DNA of 64,000 bases from Gemmatimonadales bacterium (GTDB taxonomy: Bacteria; Gemmatimonadota; Gemmatimonadetes; Gemmatimonadales; GWC2-71-9), in contig OZ252244.1 in assembly GCA_965249575.1 (NCBI GenBank), positions 1,728,001-1,792,000 of the forward strand, read 5' to 3'. This document shows, in pieces, positions 60,998 to 64,000 of this stretch. The translations under genes and the position numbers were made by a program. The notes below the pieces were generated by a model that was not told the DNA's origin, ran no database searches, and saw only the letters and a program-made list of their open reading frames with translations. Each line of letters begins with the position of its first letter. Position 1 is the stretch's first letter.

Positions 60998-61940
60998 TAC
61001 TCGGTTGTGCGGAGCGGGGCGGGGCCTCCTCACTGTAAGGCACCTCGATCGTCATCCCGTCCCGTGCGACGACGGTCTCCGGGAAGATCTCCTTTGCTTC
61101 CTCTAGCAACGTCGCCGAGTTCGCGGAGTACCGGGCGCTCAGGTGCGTGAGCGCGAGTTGCTTGACGCCGGCGGCGAGCGCGACCTGCGCGGCCTCCCCC
61201 GCCGTGGAATGCCCGGTCTCCTTGGCGCGCTCCTTTTCCTCGCTGCCGAACGTGGCTTCGTGCACCAACAGGTCGGCGCCTGAGGCAGCTTCCACGACAC
61301 TCTCACTCGGCCTGGTGTCACCCGACAACACCACCACGCGCCCCGGCCGCGGCGCACCGACCAGCTCCGCGGGCTCTACGGTGCGGCCGGCGTCCAGCGT
61401 CACCGCTTCGCCCTTGTGGATCTTGCCCCAGAGCGGGCCCTCGGGAATGCCCAGCGCGCGCGCCTTGTCAGGATCGAAACGGCCGAGCCGCTCGTGCTCC
61501 CGCAACACGTACCCCACCGCACTCCGCCCGTGCTCGACCGGCACCACCTCGAGATCGTACTCCCCGCGATCGAGCACCTGCCCCGGCTTCAGCTCCGTCA
61601 GCTCGACCTCGAACCCCGCGCGCTCGACACCCAGCTCTAACGCGTCCTTCAGGATGTCCCTAGCATCCTTCGGCCCGTAGAAACGCATGGGATCGGTCCG
61701 CCCCTGCAACGCCAACGTGCGCACGAGGCCCACGACGCCCAACAGGTGATCCGCGTGAAAGTGCGTGAAGAAGATCTCCGACAACCCGAAGCCCACGCCG
61801 TACCGCATCATCTGCCGCTGCGTGCCCTCACCACAGTCGAACATCAACGTCTCGCCCTCCCGCGCGATGGTGATGCACGAGACGCTGCGCTCCACCGTCG
61901 GGCGGGCGGCGGAAGTACCGAGGAAGGTCAGCGAAAGCAT
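60990..61940 (-). CDS. rnz: Ribonuclease Z
   Basis: FLGTSAARPT, DCGEGTQRQ, THFHADH, GIPEGP exosite, HEATF and LTHLSARY motifs. Confidence 0.95.
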   Translation of the reverse strand: MLSLTFLGTSAARPTVERSVSCITIAREGETLMFDCGEGTQRQMMRYGVGFGLSEIFFTHFHADHLLGVVGLVRTLALQGRTDPMRFYGPKDARDILKDALELGVERAGFEVELTELKPGQVLDRGEYDLEVVPVEHGRSAVGYVLREHERLGRFDPDKARALGIPEGPLWGKIHKGEAVTLDAGRTVEPAELVGAPRPGRVVVLSGDTRPSESVVEAASGADLLVHEATFGSEEKERAKETGHSTAGEAAQVALAAGVKQLALTHLSARYSANSATLLEEAKEIFPETVVARDGMTIEVPYSEEAPPRSAQPSKE

Positions 61941-62007
61941 GAAGCAAAGTAAGGAGTCCCAACCGCGCCACCACCCCACCCAGCGAGGAGTCCCACCACT
62001 CCCTCCC

Positions 62008-62029
62008 CCACCGAGTAAGGAGTGAGGAG
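62008..62029 (+). repeat. Left arm of a perfect 22-bp inverted repeat
   Basis: CCACCGAGTAAGGAGTGAGGAG; reverse complement at 62527-62548. Confidence 0.92.
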
Positions 62030-62035
62030 TCTTGG

Positions 62036-62401
62036 CTATTCCTCGGGTGTATGCCGAGGTCTCCGGATAAGGCCGAGCAAAAGTCTTCGCGTTTCGATAG
62101 CGGTGGAGAGTACTGGCTCCGTGACTTCGCCGGGCATGAGATTCGCCTTCCTAGCAAGCTCTAGGAGCTCTACCGTCTCGACCACCGAGCCGTAGGCGAT
62201 GGTCAGGTGGTTCCGAAAGCGACGCGTGCCCTTCAGCGCATGGCCCTCCGCAATGTTCAACTGCACGGAAAGGGAGGCGCGCTGAAGCTGGTGGAACACG
62301 GCGGCCCCATGCGGCTTCCAGTGCCGTCGGCTCGCATCGATGATCGCCAGCACCACCGCGTGCGACCGACGCCAGGCGAGAAGGCTCTTTTGGTCCCGCA
62401 T
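62036..62401 (-). CDS. Four-helix-bundle protein (23S rRNA IVP family)
   Basis: L.AW..S, QLQRASLSVQLNIAEG and F..HL.IAYGS..ET motifs. Confidence 0.88.
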   Translation of the reverse strand: MRDQKSLLAWRRSHAVVLAIIDASRRHWKPHGAAVFHQLQRASLSVQLNIAEGHALKGTRRFRNHLTIAYGSVVETVELLELARKANLMPGEVTEPVLSTAIETRRLLLGLIRRPRHTPEE

Positions 62402-62526
62402 GAAGAGCAGGATGAGAAGACGAAGTCAGATAAGTGGCATCGAAAGCGATGGGTGTAGCGACAAAGTGATGCGGAACTCAGGAATGTGGGTCCCCGCCCC
62501 CCATCTATCGGCGGGTGGGGTAGGGC

Positions 62527-62548
62527 CTCCTCACTCCTTACTCGGTGG
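62527..62548 (-). repeat. Right arm of the 22-bp inverted repeat
   Basis: CTCCTCACTCCTTACTCGGTGG. Confidence 0.92.
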
Positions 62549-62577
62549 AGTGGGGAGTGGTGGGGACCCCCCGGCTG

Positions 62578-63468
62578 TCAGAAAACCTTTACGTTGAAGT
62601 ACCTCCCAGGCCTCTCGCGCATATCGTCCAGCAGATCCTTCAAGGATTGCGACAACTCATGCAAGTCGCCGTACACCGTGGTGTCATTGACCAGGCGGCC
62701 CAGGGTGCCCTCGTTGCTGTCGATCTTGGCCATGATGTTGCCGAGTGCTGCGGTGGCGTGGGCGAGACCGACGGTCATCTCGTTGACGTTGGTGGTGAGC
62801 TCGTCGAGCTGGTTGACCGATTTGCCGATCGCCGGGTTGGCGAGCACGCTGTCGAGCCGGTTCGATGCGCGCTCCAAGGACTGGAGCGCGCTTCTCGCCT
62901 GGCGCACCGTCGGCCCTTCGCCCACGTCACGGAGCGTGGTGAGCGCCTCTTGAGCGGCGGCGAGGGTTGCGTGCACCTCGTCGGCCATCCTCGGGCCGAG
63001 CAGCGACTGCAAGCCCTCGAGAACCTCGCCGGCGCGGGCGGTGAGGTCGGTCGCGCCTTCGGTGAGCGCGACCTCGCGGGACCCGGTGATCACGGCGTTG
63101 TCGTCGAGGAGGTCTGGCGAGTTGCCAGGTGCGTAATCGACGAACTTGGCGCCGAAGAGGTCGAGCGAGGCGACGCCGGCCCGCGCGTCCGCATGGGGCC
63201 TCACGGAGCGTTCGACTGTGAGATACACCATCACGCGGCCCACGTCCTCGAGCACGACGTTCCCCACTCGGCCCACCCTGACGCCCGAGATCTGCACCGG
63301 GTCGCCCGCACGCAATCCCTTGACCGTCGAGAACCGCACCGGAACCTCGACCAGGTTCCGGCGGTCGAACTGCCGCCCCGAGAGCCAAAAGAGCCCAAAG
63401 GCGAACAGCGCGATGCCGACGATGACAAAGATGCCGACGCTTATTTCCTGCTTATAGTGTAGATCCAT
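62578..63468 (-). CDS. mlaD: MlaD/MCE family protein
   Basis: N-terminal TM; GLRAGDPVQISGVRVGRV; coiled-coil tail with GTLGRLVND. Confidence 0.88.
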   Translation of the reverse strand: MDLHYKQEISVGIFVIVGIALFAFGLFWLSGRQFDRRNLVEVPVRFSTVKGLRAGDPVQISGVRVGRVGNVVLEDVGRVMVYLTVERSVRPHADARAGVASLDLFGAKFVDYAPGNSPDLLDDNAVITGSREVALTEGATDLTARAGEVLEGLQSLLGPRMADEVHATLAAAQEALTTLRDVGEGPTVRQARSALQSLERASNRLDSVLANPAIGKSVNQLDELTTNVNEMTVGLAHATAALGNIMAKIDSNEGTLGRLVNDTTVYGDLHELSQSLKDLLDDMRERPGRYFNVKVF

Positions 63469-64000
63469 ATCGGTAATGCTTGAGTTGGGCCAGGGTGATG
63501 TCCATGTCCCGCTCGAGGAACCGCCGTACCGCCCGGTCCTCGCTCGTCACGAGCTGCTCCGCGCTGCCCTCGGCGCGAATCTTTCCCTCCACCAGGAGCG
63601 CGATGCGGTTCGCGATCCGAAACGAGCCCCTGACGTCGTGCGTCACTACTACGCTCGTCACGCCAAGCTCGTCCCTCAACTTCTCGACCAGTGAATCGAT
63701 GATGTCGGCGTTCACTGGGTCGAGACCCGACGTAGGCTCGTCGTACAAAAGGTACGTCGGTTGCCCCGCGATCGCCCGCGCGATCCCGACACGCTTCTTC
63801 ATGCCACCCGACAGCTCGGCGGGCAGCTTGGACGCGGTCTCCATCGGAAGGTTCACCAGCCTCAAACATTCGGCTACGCGCTTCTGGCAATACGCAGCGT
63901 CTCCGGCCATCGCGGGATCGGTGATCCCGAGAATGATGTTGTCGGATACCGAGAGCGAGTCGAACAGTGCGCCGTACTGAAACACGTACCCGATCCGGCT
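63452..64000 (-). CDS. mlaF: MlaF-type ABC ATP-binding protein, 5' partial
   Basis: FQYGALFDSL, LSGGMKKR and LYDEPTSGLDP motifs. Confidence 0.88.
   Translation of the reverse strand, partial: SRIGYVFQYGALFDSLSVSDNIILGITDPAMAGDAAYCQKRVAECLRLVNLPMETASKLPAELSGGMKKRVGIARAIAGQPTYLLYDEPTSGLDPVNADIIDSLVEKLRDELGVTSVVVTHDVRGSFRIANRIALLVEGKIRAEGSAEQLVTSEDRAVRRFLERDMDITLAQLKHYRYGSTL

Noticed and set aside
62036..62401. DGR (Avd) or retron
   Set aside because: No reverse transcriptase and no TR/VR pair with adenine-specific mismatches seen in the window

Overview
GC-rich bacterial chromosome segment; the gene repertoire suggests Gemmatimonadota or a similar diderm, but this is inference only. 1-33 kb is catabolic: an acyl-CoA cluster (HAD, ACAD, CoA ligase, APH kinase, ECH, MFS, SDR), duplicated Tat-signal flavin oxidases, five amidohydrolase_2 genes, an interrupted ABC operon and an IorAB-like molybdoenzyme. 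33-45 kb holds accessory membrane and secreted proteins, soxCD-like genes and a perfect 7-bp tandem array. 45.7-60.0 kb is a ~14.3 kb island integrated at the 3' end of tRNA-Gln(CTG), with a 41-bp att repeat and an internally deleted tyrosine integrase. It carries a probable defence locus: C5 and N6 DNA methylases, a MORC/GHKL-histidine kinase fusion, a receiver protein, an unknown protein, Vsr, a GIY-YIG/RAMA-like protein, a MazG-like protein and a PUA/EVE-like HsdR_N nuclease with an in-frame stop. The right end has tRNA-Gln, tRNA-Ala, a 5'-truncated ada, rnz, a four-helix-bundle gene inside inverted repeats, and mlaD/mlaF. A degenerate ~50-bp GAGTGAGGAG element recurs about 10 times. Three frameshifts fall in homopolymers and may be sequencing errors. 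All family calls come from motif recognition by eye; no searches were run.
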